Assembly (NCBI GenBank): GCA_002269645.1
Contig: NIVC01000142.1
Span: 1 to 64,000, forward strand
Direction of reading: 5' to 3'
DNA length: 64,000 nt
Origin: Macrostomum lignano
Taxonomy: Eukaryota
The position numbers were made by a program, and so were the translations under genes. Shown here in pieces: positions 1-20,260 of the stretch (positions are counted from its first letter, which is position 1; each line of letters begins with the position of its first letter). The notes beneath the pieces were generated by a model, which worked only from the letters and a program-made list of their open reading frames with translations, did no database searches and was not told the origin of the DNA.

Positions 1-1275
1 TCGCAAGAATGCAGAAGCGGACTCAAACCCGGGACTGATCAATGGCTAAATCCTAGATCAGCTACTGTCAGTAGCGACAACAGAGTTTTCTTGCCTAAAA
101 GTACGTAAACGACAGAAAAGCCATAAATTTTGGTTTTTTATTTCGACGGCTTTATTGCTGCCGGCAGGTGAGGCTAATTGCCAGTCATTTAGCTGAAGCC
201 GCACGATAGAGAAAGCAATTATGAGAAGCTTCAGGCAGTCAGCAATTTGCTAATCATTGTGCAACTGTGCAACATAAATGGATCGTGCAGTTTGTAAGCT
301 GGGATTAGGCGCATAAATAAATCTTGCTTGATTGATTCTAAGATATCGATTGCCACCTCGTCGCTAGCGAAGCGAAAGCAGCAGAGAAGTCTCCAGTCCG
401 TTGCAGCTGTCAGATCGCGACATTGTCAAGCAGTGTCAAACGGATCCAGTAAACTGTGGCTGAGGCATGGGCTCTGGAGGATAACACAGTCTCATTGTGC
501 GGGAAATCCCGTCTAAACCCGGCTACTCTGCACGTGTCGCTGCACCCGACAAGGGCTCCGCACTGCGAGAGCGTGCAGCGGGGTGAAAATCTTCTGCAAC
601 TGTGTGGGAGGCAGGAGGTCGAAGGGGGGACTGGGGACACCTCATGAGTTCTCTTCCCCCCCCCTAGCAACTGAGTGAATGAACTCCCCATTGAATAATG
701 CATGAACCCCTTCCGGCTCATTGCGCTCAGCAAACAGGCCAGTGGGGTGAGCAGGGCCGCGGTGACGGGAACTGAGGGCTGCTGAGAGAGGAGGACCTCG
801 CAAAGATTTGGATCAGAAACATTTGTGGGATAAGAGATGCGGGATTATTGTAACTGCAATCCTCTAAGCCTAGTTCTCTTGGAGTCTGGCTATGGCTGCT
901 TCTTGGCCTTTTCTTCTTCTTCGGCGTAAAAAAAGAGGATCCGAGGGAGGAGGCGACACGGCGCTCCGGCCGCTACCGGTGCCGCCATAGGCTGGGGAAG
1001 TCGGAGGCACCCAGCCAGCCGCCTCTCTTCCCTCTCTAACAGGCCGGGAAGCCAGCGACAATCTCCCCCTGATCGAGGCCAGTCACGAAAAGTGATTTAT
1101 CCTCCCCCAAATCTCCTGCTCTCTTCTCCGCTTCTCTCACCCCGCCCAGCCTCCCGCCTCTCCCCTCCTGCATCATTCGACATCAGTACGAGCCAGTAGC
1201 TAAAAAAGGGTCACAGAAGTCGAGCATGGGGTAAAGCGACTCGGGGATCAGTTTGGAGAGGAAGAAGCGATCAGC

Positions 1276-7924
<6,649 letters not shown>

Positions 7925-8964
7925 ATTGGCGCGAAAAAAATAACGAAAAAATCGATTTTTAAAAAACCAGAAAGTAACAGTTTCTCGAGGGTGGACATCA
8001 GATGCAGGATTTTTGTTCCGTTGTGTTTTTCGATTTTGAAAAGCACAGGTCAGTATGAAAAGTAGCTCCTGTAAGAAAACACGAATTTGTTATAAACTGC
8101 ATTCTATTTTTGCAAATAACGCACCCCCTCATCTCATTGCTTTTTGACTAAACCCATGACTCACAAACATTAACAAGTAACTAACCTCAAACTATATTAC
8201 TGACAGTAGGTAATTATTTTGAGTTCCTGGTCCTGAAAAATTCTGAGTGCAACAATATGCGAATAAAACTAATCAGTAAATTCAGTAAATACAAGTATGC
8301 AAATTTACAATGAGTTGAAACAATTTAATGTCACTTTTAATTAATTCCCAACATCTCACCTTCGATTTGGACTTCCAAATTGCAGCCAGCAGGTGTGAGG
8401 TGTTTTGTCCGAGCTGCGCTCACAGGTTTATCAAGCTGTTTTTTGATAGGAGTCCAGCAAAGTTGCGGCGAAATTGCAGCCGCTCCTGTCTCTGCAGTGT
8501 TTTGTCTGGACGGATTTGTCTATGGCCAAAGCCCAGTCAGCGCTGTGCAGAACGGCAAATCTTTTTAAAACACACACAATGCAGTTTTCAGTTTGCATTT
8601 TTCCTGTTTTCAGGAAGCTTCCCACCTTGACCTTGCACTGTCACAATGGCCAAGTTTTTTAGTAAATCATGAAAAGAATCTCTTTATGTTACCGAAATCC
8701 AAAATATGGTTGAAGATATTAGACAAGCAGGCTATGTTGTTAAGCTGTGAACCAACTGGCACAGGTCGAGTAGGGTTCTTGTGTATTTGCGAATGAGCAG
8801 CTAGAGGTTCTGTTAGCAAGTAGTACTGCTACTGAGCGCATACCCTGCCATTAGAGTCTTGGATAGCACAATAAGTTGGAGCAGCTACGAAAGAGAGGGT
8901 GAAAGGTTGGGTGAGAGAGTTTGTAGCAGATCGCACAAGCACGACAATGTCTACTAATTACCCT

Positions 8965-9170
8965 TGGGGAGCAGCTCCTCACGAATGATCATCTTGGAAA
9001 GCAGCTCTTCACGAATGATCATCTTGGGAAGCAGCTCTTCAGATCATCTTGTGGAGCAGCTCCTCACGAATGATAATCGGAGCAGCTCCTCACGAATGAT
9101 CATCTTGGGGAGCAGCTCCTCACGAATGATCATCTTGGGGAGCAGCTCCTCACGAATGATCATCTTTGGA
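8965..9170. repeat. About 30-bp degenerate minisatellite (ggggagcagctcctcacgaatgatcatctt)n
   Basis: About 6-7 imperfect copies just 3' of the minus-strand membrane-protein gene. Confidence 0.9.
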
Positions 9171-9309
9171 AATACGAGCGTAGCTCTTCAAAAAAGCCAT
9201 TTTGGGAAGCAGCTTTTCATAACAATCATAAAAAGCAACTCTCAAGGACAACCAGTGGAAGCTAGCAAAAAGAGGAAGACAGAACTTAAGCAAACCTCAA
9301 CGATAAGAG

Positions 9310-10506
9310 TCAGACGAGACTCGTCTGCTCCGCAGCCGAGCTGGAAGGCTCTCTCTCCTCTTTGAAGCAGAGCAGAAAATCCAGAGACTTGCAGCCGCGT
9401 CGCCGGCACATGACCCGGAAGATCAGCGCGGCGACTATCCAGAGGACGACAAAGATGGCTACGAGTACTAAGGCAACGACGATGCAGGAGGTACCGGCGA
9501 CGCTGAATATCGCCGCAAAGTTAGACTTCGCGGCATCATCACGGGAGTCGCAGCGATAGCTCATCACCGCTCGCACAGAAATTCCTCCGCCGCTGTCTTT
9601 CACAGTGTACGCTTCAATAAAGGCCAAGTTTTTCTGGTGGAAAAGCTTGATGAGTTTTAGCTGGGCATTGGGTGACTCCAGCTCAGGAGAGGCTCGGACA
9701 GCATCCAGCAGCAGACGGTTGTCGCTGGCCAAGGCGCTGCACTTGGTCGGTGTCAGGTCGAGCTCGAATGTCGGCTGTCGCCAAATCCGGTAGAGATTCA
9801 GCTGGACGGTTGTCTCCGGCGACTCGTTGCAGGTCAGCGGGTCGCTCACCAGCACTAGGAAGGTCAGGTTGGTCGGAGCGTCCGGGGGCGGCCTGTAGGA
9901 GAGGATCAGGCGGCCGTCGCGGTCGTCCAGCCGGAGCCAGTCGGGCGCGCCAGTCGCTAGGTGGAAGCGCATCTCAGACTGCTCGGCGCCACGCGGCGGC
10001 ACGGCGCGAAACCGGTACAGCTCCGAGCCGTTGAGGGAGCCGCGCCACAGGTGCAGGATTGGTGGAGTCTCAAGCGCCGGGAAGTCATCGTCAAGGAGAA
10101 GTTCCAGTGAGAATTCTATGATGGACGGCATCGGGTCGCCTAGCCTGGACGAGTTTACTTTCTCAACGCAGAGGTATTTCTCTGCAGCTGACCTGGAAGT
10201 CAGCTTCCGGTTGAGCGCCAGGCCGGTGACTGTCCGGGACAAATAGGCAACTCTGCCGTCCAAGGGAGGCAGGTGCTCTAATTGCACTCCGTGGCTCACC
10301 TCAACCAGATTGGAGCCAAGTGAAATATTTGGCTTGAGCTTGATGAAGATGCGCCCGTGAGCACCTGTAGGACAGCTGTCGAGTCGCTGAAGTTTCGAAG
10401 TCCAGACCGATGACGATGAGCAAGATGAGTGCACTCGAACTAATTTTACGAAAACAATAAGCATGGATAGGACTTTGAAAATGTGAAATTTGACTTTGAA
10501 TGGCAT
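9310..10506 (-). CDS. Single-pass type-I membrane protein with a cadherin-like (CADG/He_PIG-like) segment; family unassigned
   Basis: 398-aa intronless ATG ORF with GC-rich coding composition. Hydrophobic N-terminus (signal-like, possibly from the second Met MLIVFVKLVRVHSS). Segment APDWLRLDDRDGRLILSYRPP...NLTFLVLVSDP resembles cadherin-like repeats. TM helix SCIVVALVLVAIFVVLWIVAALIF followed by basic RVMCRRR and a short tail. Confidence 0.8.
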   Translation of the reverse strand: MPFKVKFHIFKVLSMLIVFVKLVRVHSSCSSSSVWTSKLQRLDSCPTGAHGRIFIKLKPNISLGSNLVEVSHGVQLEHLPPLDGRVAYLSRTVTGLALNRKLTSRSAAEKYLCVEKVNSSRLGDPMPSIIEFSLELLLDDDFPALETPPILHLWRGSLNGSELYRFRAVPPRGAEQSEMRFHLATGAPDWLRLDDRDGRLILSYRPPPDAPTNLTFLVLVSDPLTCNESPETTVQLNLYRIWRQPTFELDLTPTKCSALASDNRLLLDAVRASPELESPNAQLKLIKLFHQKNLAFIEAYTVKDSGGGISVRAVMSYRCDSRDDAAKSNFAAIFSVAGTSCIVVALVLVAIFVVLWIVAALIFRVMCRRRGCKSLDFLLCFKEEREPSSSAAEQTSLV

Positions 10507-11769
10507 CTCCAGTCTTCTTTTCTGTTCTAAGTTTATTTACGTGCGCGGCGTTGTCGGAGCGAGAATTGATGCGATTATGCGCTATATAAAAATCTGCTCA
10601 AGAGGGAGAGAAAATGTCTATTGCATGACAAATGCAAGTACGCGTACGAGCTAATTCACACCCACACCTGTACGCTCGTAGTTCCTTGTGCGCGCAGCCA
10701 ATGGAGCTTGCTAAAGGGCTGAGATTTTCTTACCGCTAAATTGTGTCGCAGGTTTTTTGCTGTGCGGTTTTACGTACGCTCGTACAGCAGAGACAGAGAG
10801 CTCGCTCGCTCACAAAAAAAGCTTTTCACAAACGTCCGCATAGTACTGCTAAATATAGTAAGTTAAACAATTAGGCAAACCCTTGACAATATCCGTGGTT
10901 TTGCCACAAGGTTAGTAAAGCTGGGGAAGGTCCTTATACACCCACCTCACTATGATTCGGCTGCTGCATTTTTCGAAGAGTTTATTCAGACGCAAACACC
11001 GTCTCGTGTACCAAACTTCGGTGTCAGACCTTCAAAGCTAAAAATTCAGCATTCATTCCGACGCAAACTAGAATCTGCTTGAACTTCGATCTATCTCTTC
11101 TATGTGGTATCTATGAGGCGCATTTGCCATCTAAACTAAGCTAAAACTAAAACTAACGATCTGCAGTTCGACCATTGCTGGTTTCGCAAGTGGCTCAGCA
11201 ATGGGCGATCCTGCCCATTCCACTGAAAGTTGGCCGCGCATGGAATCGAACCAGGGACCGATGCGTTTACCACTGAGCTGCTGCTATTAGAATTTATCGG
11301 GCGATGTTACTCGTGAGTAGCATTTAAGCGGTATTTAACTTCATTTGGAACCAAGTCTAGCGGCATGTGGTTCTTAATCAGCAGCGAAAAAGCAACACCC
11401 TGTCATTCGAAAAAAGACAACAAGGACACTAGATTACAGACTCGCTTGAGCACTTTCAGGTTGGAAAATGAAAGAAGAAACAATTCCTATTCGGCTTGGC
11501 CGCTCATCAATAGGGAGACGCAGGTGCGCCACTGTCAGGTTGCTCAGCTCGCCCACCTATTATTATCCAGTAAACACAAGACCGTTGCCGCCCAACCAAG
11601 CCCGATGTAGCCGAGCTGCAGTCAAAACATTTCGAATAGCACTCAGTTACCCTGTAAGGTGACTACCTGCAATCTGAGCTGTCTCTTCTGTTGGGGTTTG
11701 CCGCCTTCCTAATCTGACAGCACTACTCCTCTGTCTCCCTCTCAACAGCTAACTGACTTCTCGATCAAC

Positions 11770-12840
<1,071 letters not shown>

Positions 12841-13164
12841 AACTCAACGGCAGCCGAGTCAGGCCCATTGGAGCAAACTGCAGGGAAGGCCATTTTTTCT
12901 TTGCTTAACAGCCATGCAGGCAGGCAGGCAGGCAAAATCTGCTAAGGATCTCTGCTACTCCTGTTCTCGTTAAGGTGGCAAAGTGAGTAGCTCGCCACCT
13001 GACTATTCCCCATGCAACTTCCCTTCCCATTTCCTTCTCTCCGTCTCTTCGATCTTAAACTGAAGTGCCTTGCACCTGAGCCAGCCAACATGCGGGAGTA
13101 TCGATCTGACAGCAGCTGGATTAAAAATAGCTGCCGATGCCTTTCTATCTGTCACCATTCTGTT

Positions 13165-13625
<461 letters not shown>

Positions 13626-14468
13626 TAGTGTTTATCTTCATGTTTGGTCAGCCTTTAAATATAGTTTAGATTATTTCCTGCATAAGCTAATTTCATTTTA
13701 GCTGCTTCATTTATTCTTAGAAATCTGCGGCTTCCCAGGAACAACCAGGCTTCAAGAGCGCCTAGCGAATCCCTGGGACACGCAGTTCTTTCACTCGGAA
13801 CATCTTTTTCCTATTTTATAACCCAAAGTTTAAGAAGCGACAAAGCAAGTCATGTTGCTGCTGGCCGAAAAGTGCCTCAATTTTCTAAGAAATAGCTAAG
13901 GCAGGCAAAACGGGGCGGGCGGAAGACCGGGCGCTTGGTAAGAAAAGCAGACAAAGTTAAAAGATAAGAATTCTTTGAAGGAATCGGGGAGAGGCCAGGA
14001 GAGGGGAGCAGAGCCAGGGGAAGAGAGAAGAGGATAGCCGTGTTGAACGCGGGCGAGCAGGTGACACAAGTCCGGGAAGAGAGACAAGAAGGGAGCAAAG
14101 GATGGAGGCAGGTAGGCAGAGTGAGAGAATGGCAACCAACCCTTGTACGCCTCTACATGGCTTCCCCCGTTGGCTAAAAGAGGGGGGGTTTATTAACGAG
14201 GATTTCGTTGCTATAGAGACAAGGCATGAAGAGAGAGAGAGAGAGAAGAGGCGAACACGAGCTGGGATGTCGCTATTGGGAAGGAGGCTGGGGATAGAAC
14301 TAGATGAGGGAGGGGTTGGCGTGACACAAGACGGGCGAGCCCGAGCCGCATGGCAGGCCGTCATTAAGCCCCCCTTTTTGCCCGCCGGCCTCAAGTCTTT
14401 TCCGCAGTCGGTCTCGAACAGTTCAGGAGGACAAAAGTCCAAGAAGTTCGCAGCCAGCCACAGTCAAG

Positions 14469-16231
14469 ATGTCAACAGCAGCGTCAGCAATGCTTTCAGC
14501 GTCTTCGACTACCGAATCTGCCACTGCAGCTGCTGCTGATTCCGACGCTGCTGCCACCGCCGCTTCGTTGGGCTTGCAGATTCCAGCTCTGCCACTCGGC
14601 GCCCGAGTCCTCATCATAGTGATCCTCGCAGCCTGCGGCCTGGTCTGCCTACTGGGAAACGCCGTCACCTGTCACGTGATCCTGCACTCGCGCCGGCTGC
14701 AGAGCACCACAAACTATTTTGTGATCGCGCTTAGCGGCTCAGCGATGGCCTTCACGGTGACGCTGGCCATGGCGCTGGTTAGCCTGGCCGGCCTGTCCTG
14801 GCCGCTCGGCGACCCCGCCTGCCGTCTGGCCGGGGTCCTGCTGCACAGCCACCTCGGTTGCAACGTCTGCCTGTTGCTGTCCATCCAGGCTGACAGGTAC
14901 TACGCCATTGTGCGTCCGTTGAGCTCGCGTATTAGCCGTTCGGTTGCCAAGCGCCTCATATTCGCCAGCTGCTCGATCGGGGTCGCCTCGGCCGCGCCAA
15001 TGGCCGCGCTTTACAGCCAGCGATCCGTCCTGCCCGGCGGCGGCCGCTTCGTGTGCGCGCCAGGCGGACAAACCGGTTTGGCGCTGGCCTACATCTGCCC
15101 CTACAGTGCGCTGGCCTTCCTGCTGCCCACCTGCGCCACTCTGGCGCTCTTTGTCCGCGTCTGGACCTACCTGTGGACCATCAACCAGCCGAGGGGCTCG
15201 GTGCGCGGCGGCCGGATGCTGCAGAGGACTGCAAATCAGGTTGGGGCGCGGGATGGAGCTCAGTGATGCTGGTTATTGCTTTGGGTAATCATTGCTAGCT
15301 TATAAGATATACTCGCTACTGAGCTACCCTCTGCTCTACTGAGCTACCCTCTGCTCTACTGAGCTACCCTCTGCTCTACTGAGCTACCCTCTGCTCTACT
15401 GAGCTACCCTCTGCTCTACTGAGCTACCCTCTGCTCTACTGAGCTACCCTCTGCTCTACTGAGCTACCCTCTGCTCTACTGAGCTACCCTCTGCTCTACT
15501 GAGCTACCCTCTGCTCTACTGAGCTACCCTCTGCTAAACTCAAGCTGACGCTTTACCAAGCTGACGCTTTGACGTTTACTAAACTACTCAAGCTGAGTAG
15601 TTTAGTAAACTCTGCTCTACTAAACTACAGTCAGCTACTCTCTCAGCTACAAGCTACCCTTTCACTCAAAAGCCCAGACCTGACAGCTTCATCGCCACTG
15701 AATTCCCTTCAATGTCGATAAATTAGGTTAAAAATCAAAATACCCGACCCCCCATTGAACAAGGTACCTCGCGCCAAAGTGAAAACATTCAAGCTGATGG
15801 CCACAGTGGCGCTGACGGACCTCACGGCAATGTCGCTGGCTCAAGTCCTGGTGCTGGTCTTCGTCGGCATAGCGGGCGCGGCAACCGCTTTGGCGACGTT
15901 GGAAACCACCGACAGGCCATTGGGTTTCGATCCGTTCGTGCTGTCAGTGAGCCTGTACAGCCTGGCCGGCCTGTCCAAGCCGGTCTTGTACGCCTGCATG
16001 AACGCCAACTTCCGGCGCGGCTGCCGCGAGGTTCTCTGCTGGTCCAAGCGGCGCGTCTACCGCCAGGAGCTGTACACAGTCACCAGCGTGTCCGTGTTCA
16101 GCAAGCGAAACTACGTCACCGCGGTTGACATCAGCGGCGCGGTTGCAAATCGCTGGGAGAATCCGTCAATGTTTGAGGTGACCTCATCAGCAAAAGCGTC
16201 ACCGATTGGAGGTCATGGTAACGCGATTTGA
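14469..16231 (+). CDS. GPR19: GPR19-like orphan class A GPCR (2 exons)
   Basis: Exons 14469..15239 (cag|gttggg) and 15764..16231 (aag|gtacct) join in phase 0 to give MLQRTANQ-VPRAKVKT. Motifs GN...SRRLQSTTNYFV, DRYYAIVRPLS, SKPVLYACMNANFRRGCRE and SKRNYV closely follow recalled GPR19 (SRRTQSTTNYFV, VPRTKVKT, SKPTLY..NANFRRG, KKNYV). Confidence 0.92.
15316..15536. repeat. 20-bp minisatellite (ctactgagctaccctctgct)n in GPR19 intron
   Basis: About 11 copies, direct reading. Confidence 0.96.
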
Positions 16232-16411
16232 ACAATTACTTCCGTCTGCTTAGAGGCGGCGGATCGCATTTAACTAGCCCAATGATTGATCAACTTGTAT
16301 TAAGACCGTACTTTTAATTGATAATTGCTTAAATGCTTTGCTATCGTGAATTGAATGCCTTAGGGAAGATGGTGAAGACAGTGGAAAAAAGTAGCAAAGC
16401 AGGGGTGCCAG

Positions 16412-16802
16412 CCGGAGGGTGGTTGGCGGAGTGAGGTTGTTGGCGCAATAAGGAGGTTGGCGAAGTGAGGTGGTTGGTGGAGTGAGGTGGTTGGCGGAGT
16501 GAGGTGGTTGGCGGAGTGAGGTGGTTGGTGGAGTGAGATGGTTGGCGGAGTGAGGTGGTTGGCGGAGTGAGGTGGTTGGTGGAATGAGATGGTTGGTGGA
16601 ATGAGGTGGTTGGTGGATTGAGGTGGTTGGTGGATTGAGGTGGTTGGTGGAGTGAGGTGGTTGGCGGATGGAGGTGGTTGTGGTGGAATTAGGTGGTTGG
16701 TGGAATGAGGTGGTTGGCGGAGTGAGATGGTTGGTGGAATGAGGTGGTTGCATGGCGGAGTGAGGTGGTTGGTGGAATGAGGTTGTTGGCGGAGTTAGGT
16801 GA
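16412..16802. repeat. 17-bp minisatellite (ggtggttggcggagtga)n
   Basis: Direct reading; degenerate copies. Confidence 0.92.
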
Positions 16803-17939
16803 CGGAGGGAAATTATTGCTTATAATATTACATATTATACAATATCAACTACATAACTACATGTATGGCAATACGCGTCTACATCTATTTTACTCGATGC
16901 GATTTTGAGCACAAACTTAGCGCCACAAGAACACGTTGTTACCGGATAGCTGGGGAGATAGCTGAATAGCTAAATGAAAGCGCATTCTGCTCTTAGCTGG
17001 CACTGCTAAACTATTGCTTTGAACGAGCACCGCACACTAGCTAGCATTTTAGCTATTAGTATTGTAGCAGATCTCTGTCTGCTACAGAGTTTCTTTATTT
17101 TAAACTGTACCTCATTGTTAGTACATTTTTGACTGACGCCTGCTTTTTGGCTGAACTTTATTAGATTTTGCATCTATCTACGGATATTAATAATAAAAAA
17201 TACATGCACGAGCAATTAGATGGTGAATAAAATCAAGTTGAGGTGTCGCTTTCTGTTGACAGTACAGGTAGAGTGTTCAGCCTTGACTTAATGATTATCA
17301 GCCCAGAAGGGAAGATATCTGTCTGTATTTTATGATGCAAAAATGAAACCAGATAGCTTGAAAATGAATAATAGTTCCTGCGTGCATTGATTGACTCAGT
17401 AATGTACGCTTGGGAAACGGCTCCATATTCCAAAAATCAACTGATTGCTATAAGAGGTGAGCAGGTATTTATAGTACAAATGGGACATAGCATATTTACA
17501 CTAGACGCTTTGCGCGCGTGACTGTAGAACGCTTGCAGTCGGGATATTTTTGGGAAAATATTTGTATTCAGATTAGCTACACTAGAGCCTTTTATCCTTA
17601 CAGCAGATTCGGGAAAGGCACACACAATCAAATGCAGGTATTGAGCTTCAGCGTGTGCAGCAGACTAACCAAGTTTGCACACTGCGGTGCATCGAAAATG
17701 CAAACATCCTGCTCACCTTATTTCAACCGAATGCAAGCCTTGATTTGGGTGTGTTGGAGTACTTTAGTCTGCTTCAACTTTTTTAGGTAAAACAACTGAT
17801 ACCCGACTAACCGCTAGTTGGCTTCAATTAACGCCCTTCGTTTGGAAAGGCCTAATGAAAAATAGTCCATTTTGTGTCAAATAAAAAAATCTATACCAGT
17901 TAAAAATAATGATTTATAATCGCACACAATATTTCTGCG

Positions 17940-18068
17940 GACAATTGACTGCCAGTGACAATTGACTGCCGGTGACAATTGACTGCCGGTGACAATTGAC
18001 TGTCGGTGACAATTGACTGTCAGTGACAATTGACTGTCGGTGACAATTGACTGCCAGTGACAATTGAT
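17940..18068. repeat. 17-bp minisatellite (gacaattgactgccggt)n
   Basis: About 7 copies. Confidence 0.93.
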
Positions 18069-18721
18069 AGATCAACGAACTAGCGACCAACAACAAAGAA
18101 ATGATAAGACTCAACAAGCTCTTGCAAAAAACTATTTAGTGCATACAAAAATTGCAAAACTCAATCCGATACAGCACTGTGCAAGTGCTATACATATCTA
18201 TGCATTTTATTTATCTAAACATACTTCCTTAGAAACAAAAAACTAATGTGCTGCGAAATAGAGTCCTGGATAGAGAAAAACTTGTAGAAAAAGAGTTGTG
18301 GCACAAACTCTACATGGAAGTGGACACACAGATCTAGAAAGTTGAAATTCCCCAAAAAATAGTATAAAAAAGACAGTTTCATTGGTCAACACAGCCACAA
18401 AACGGGGAAATTATAGGGAACTAGAACTAGAATACTAGAAGTACGAGTAGCATTTAAATTCAGATAGAATGTAGGCTGTGTTACAGGCTACTTAATCAAG
18501 TAGTCTAAACCGTGTCAAAAATGTGCTTTATAGTGCAACACTGCAACAAAGACAACAAAAAGCTGGTTAATGATGGGGGAATATTAAGCTGCTTGACAAT
18601 ATTGCTAATCTGCAAGAGAATGAATGCGAGCCAGATTAATATTCATGCATAAGCTTAGGCCAGCTTTTCAGTTAAATCCATGGTAGAGAACCTGAAAGCT
18701 CATTGCTACTCAACTCCTCCT

Positions 18722-19200
18722 CGTAGGTTGCTATGCTACCCGCCCCTCCCGAAGGTTGCTACTCCATTCCCGAAGGTTGCTACTCCATTCCCGAAGGTTG
18801 CTACTCCATTCCCGAAGGTTGCTACTCCATTCCCGTAGGTTGCTACCCCCTCTCCCGTGGTTGCTACCCCCTCTCCCGTAGGTTGCCACCCCCTCTCCCG
18901 TAGGTTGCCACCCCATTCCCGTAGGTTGCTACCCCATTCCCGTAGGTTGTTTACCTCCTCTCCTGTAGGTTGCTACCCCCAATCTCGTAGGTTGCTATCA
19001 CATTTCCGTAGGTTGCTAGCCCCATTCCCGTAGGTTGCTACCCCATTCCCGTAGGTTGCTACCCCAATCTCGTAGGTTGCTATCACATTTCCGTAGGTTG
19101 CTAGCCCATTCCCGTAGGTTGCTAGCCCATTCCCGTAGGTTGCTACCCCCAATCTCGTAGGTTGCTATCACATTTCCGTAGGTTGCTACCCCGCAGGTTA
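18722..19200. repeat. 21-bp minisatellite (cccgtaggttgctaccccatt)n
   Basis: Direct reading; several unit variants. Confidence 0.93.
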
Positions 19201-19354
19201 CCTACCTCTCCCTGACCACTGTTTGATGGAGTGCAGCTACCAACTCTAATAAAAATTTCAGCTAATTGAATTACAGATTTTCCATAAGATGCAAAGTGAC
19301 TAGGGCACTAAAGACACTGATATGCTCCTTAGGCTCGCACAAGATCGATAAAAA

Positions 19355-19720
19355 CTATTTTTGTCCCTGCTTGGCCGGCGCCTTGCCAGCTTTAGCCGAC
19401 ATGCCAACTAGCACAGCTGGGTTGTTGCGAATCTGCTGCCGCAGGCCAACCAGCAGGCTGTCCAGCGACTCCTCCTCCGGAGCCTTGCCGGCCTCCTCCA
19501 CCACAATCGGCTGGTCATCCTCATCCTCAGCCTGCTCGGCCTGGCATTTGGCCACGGCGGCCAAGAACTGGTCACGTGACATACCACTGCTTGCTAGCCA
19601 GGATTCGGGCGTGTTCTGCTTTAACCAATCGGCATTTGATGCTAAATTGGATTTCAATTTTCCAACTAAGTTTTCAAGCGAATCCTCGTTAGAGGCGTTG
19701 CTGTTTGAATTTGAAGCCAT
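19355..19720 (-). CDS. Small acidic orphan protein (121 aa), function unknown
   Basis: ATG at 19720 (MASNSNSN...) to TAG at 19355. GC-rich island in an AT-rich context, plausible helical protein composition and an internal sequence repeat. No family recognised. Confidence 0.65.
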   Translation of the reverse strand: MASNSNSNASNEDSLENLVGKLKSNLASNADWLKQNTPESWLASSGMSRDQFLAAVAKCQAEQAEDEDDQPIVVEEAGKAPEEESLDSLLVGLRQQIRNNPAVLVGMSAKAGKAPAKQGQK

Positions 19721-20039
19721 GAATGATAAATGAATTAAAAATTCGTGCCACATTTCTAAGAAACAAAGATTATTTTAACCATTCTTTTCAGATTTGCCTA
19801 TTTTTGTTCACTATCTGAATAAATTTTTGAAGTCCGCCAACGCGCGCCAAACATGACACACGGGTAAACAGCGGGAGTAACTGTGACAGTGTTGCCTCGT
19901 CAGCTAATAAGTAGTTTAATCCTGCACTGTTTATCTAATTTTCTTAAATAAACCACGAGATTTACTATAACCAACTTGCCTAAGGTGTCTACCTTATCGT
20001 ATTATAAGTTTTATTAATTCAGCTAACAAGCTGCTTACA

Positions 20040-20260
20040 CTATTGCATAAATTTGCAGAAACTGCAGTAACTTTGCACACCTTTTCACCTTGGTCTTGCA
20101 GTCTGGCCATTATTAAAATGTTTCTCAAACTAAAACTGCCATGACAAATTGGTGGCTTCTCAATGCTGTGAAGGTGATGAAAGCTTTTGGCAATTTGATA
20201 TAGCCAGAGGGATAGCATAAGCATGCTACCCTTCAACACACTGTTACTTCTATGCGCCAC
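20040..20260 (-). pseudogene. Protein-kinase-like fragment (subdomains VIa-VII), catalytically degenerate; isolated exon or pseudogene relic
   Basis: Translation LWLYQIAKSFHHLHSIEKPPICHGSFSLRNILI...KVCKVT resembles the kinase pattern (F)AYQIAKGMxYLHS..PPIIHxDLxxRNIL...CKI; followed by a donor-like agt|gtaagc. HRD and DFG residues are absent. Confidence 0.5.

Noticed and set aside
328-1100. Short ORFs at the window start as an upstream TM exon of the SYT15-like gene
   Set aside because: No open frame with a TM helix and a compatible donor site was found.
10580-10592. TATA-like ctatataaaaa upstream of the 9310-10506 gene
   Set aside because: Oriented on the plus strand while the gene is on the minus strand; no plus-strand gene follows.
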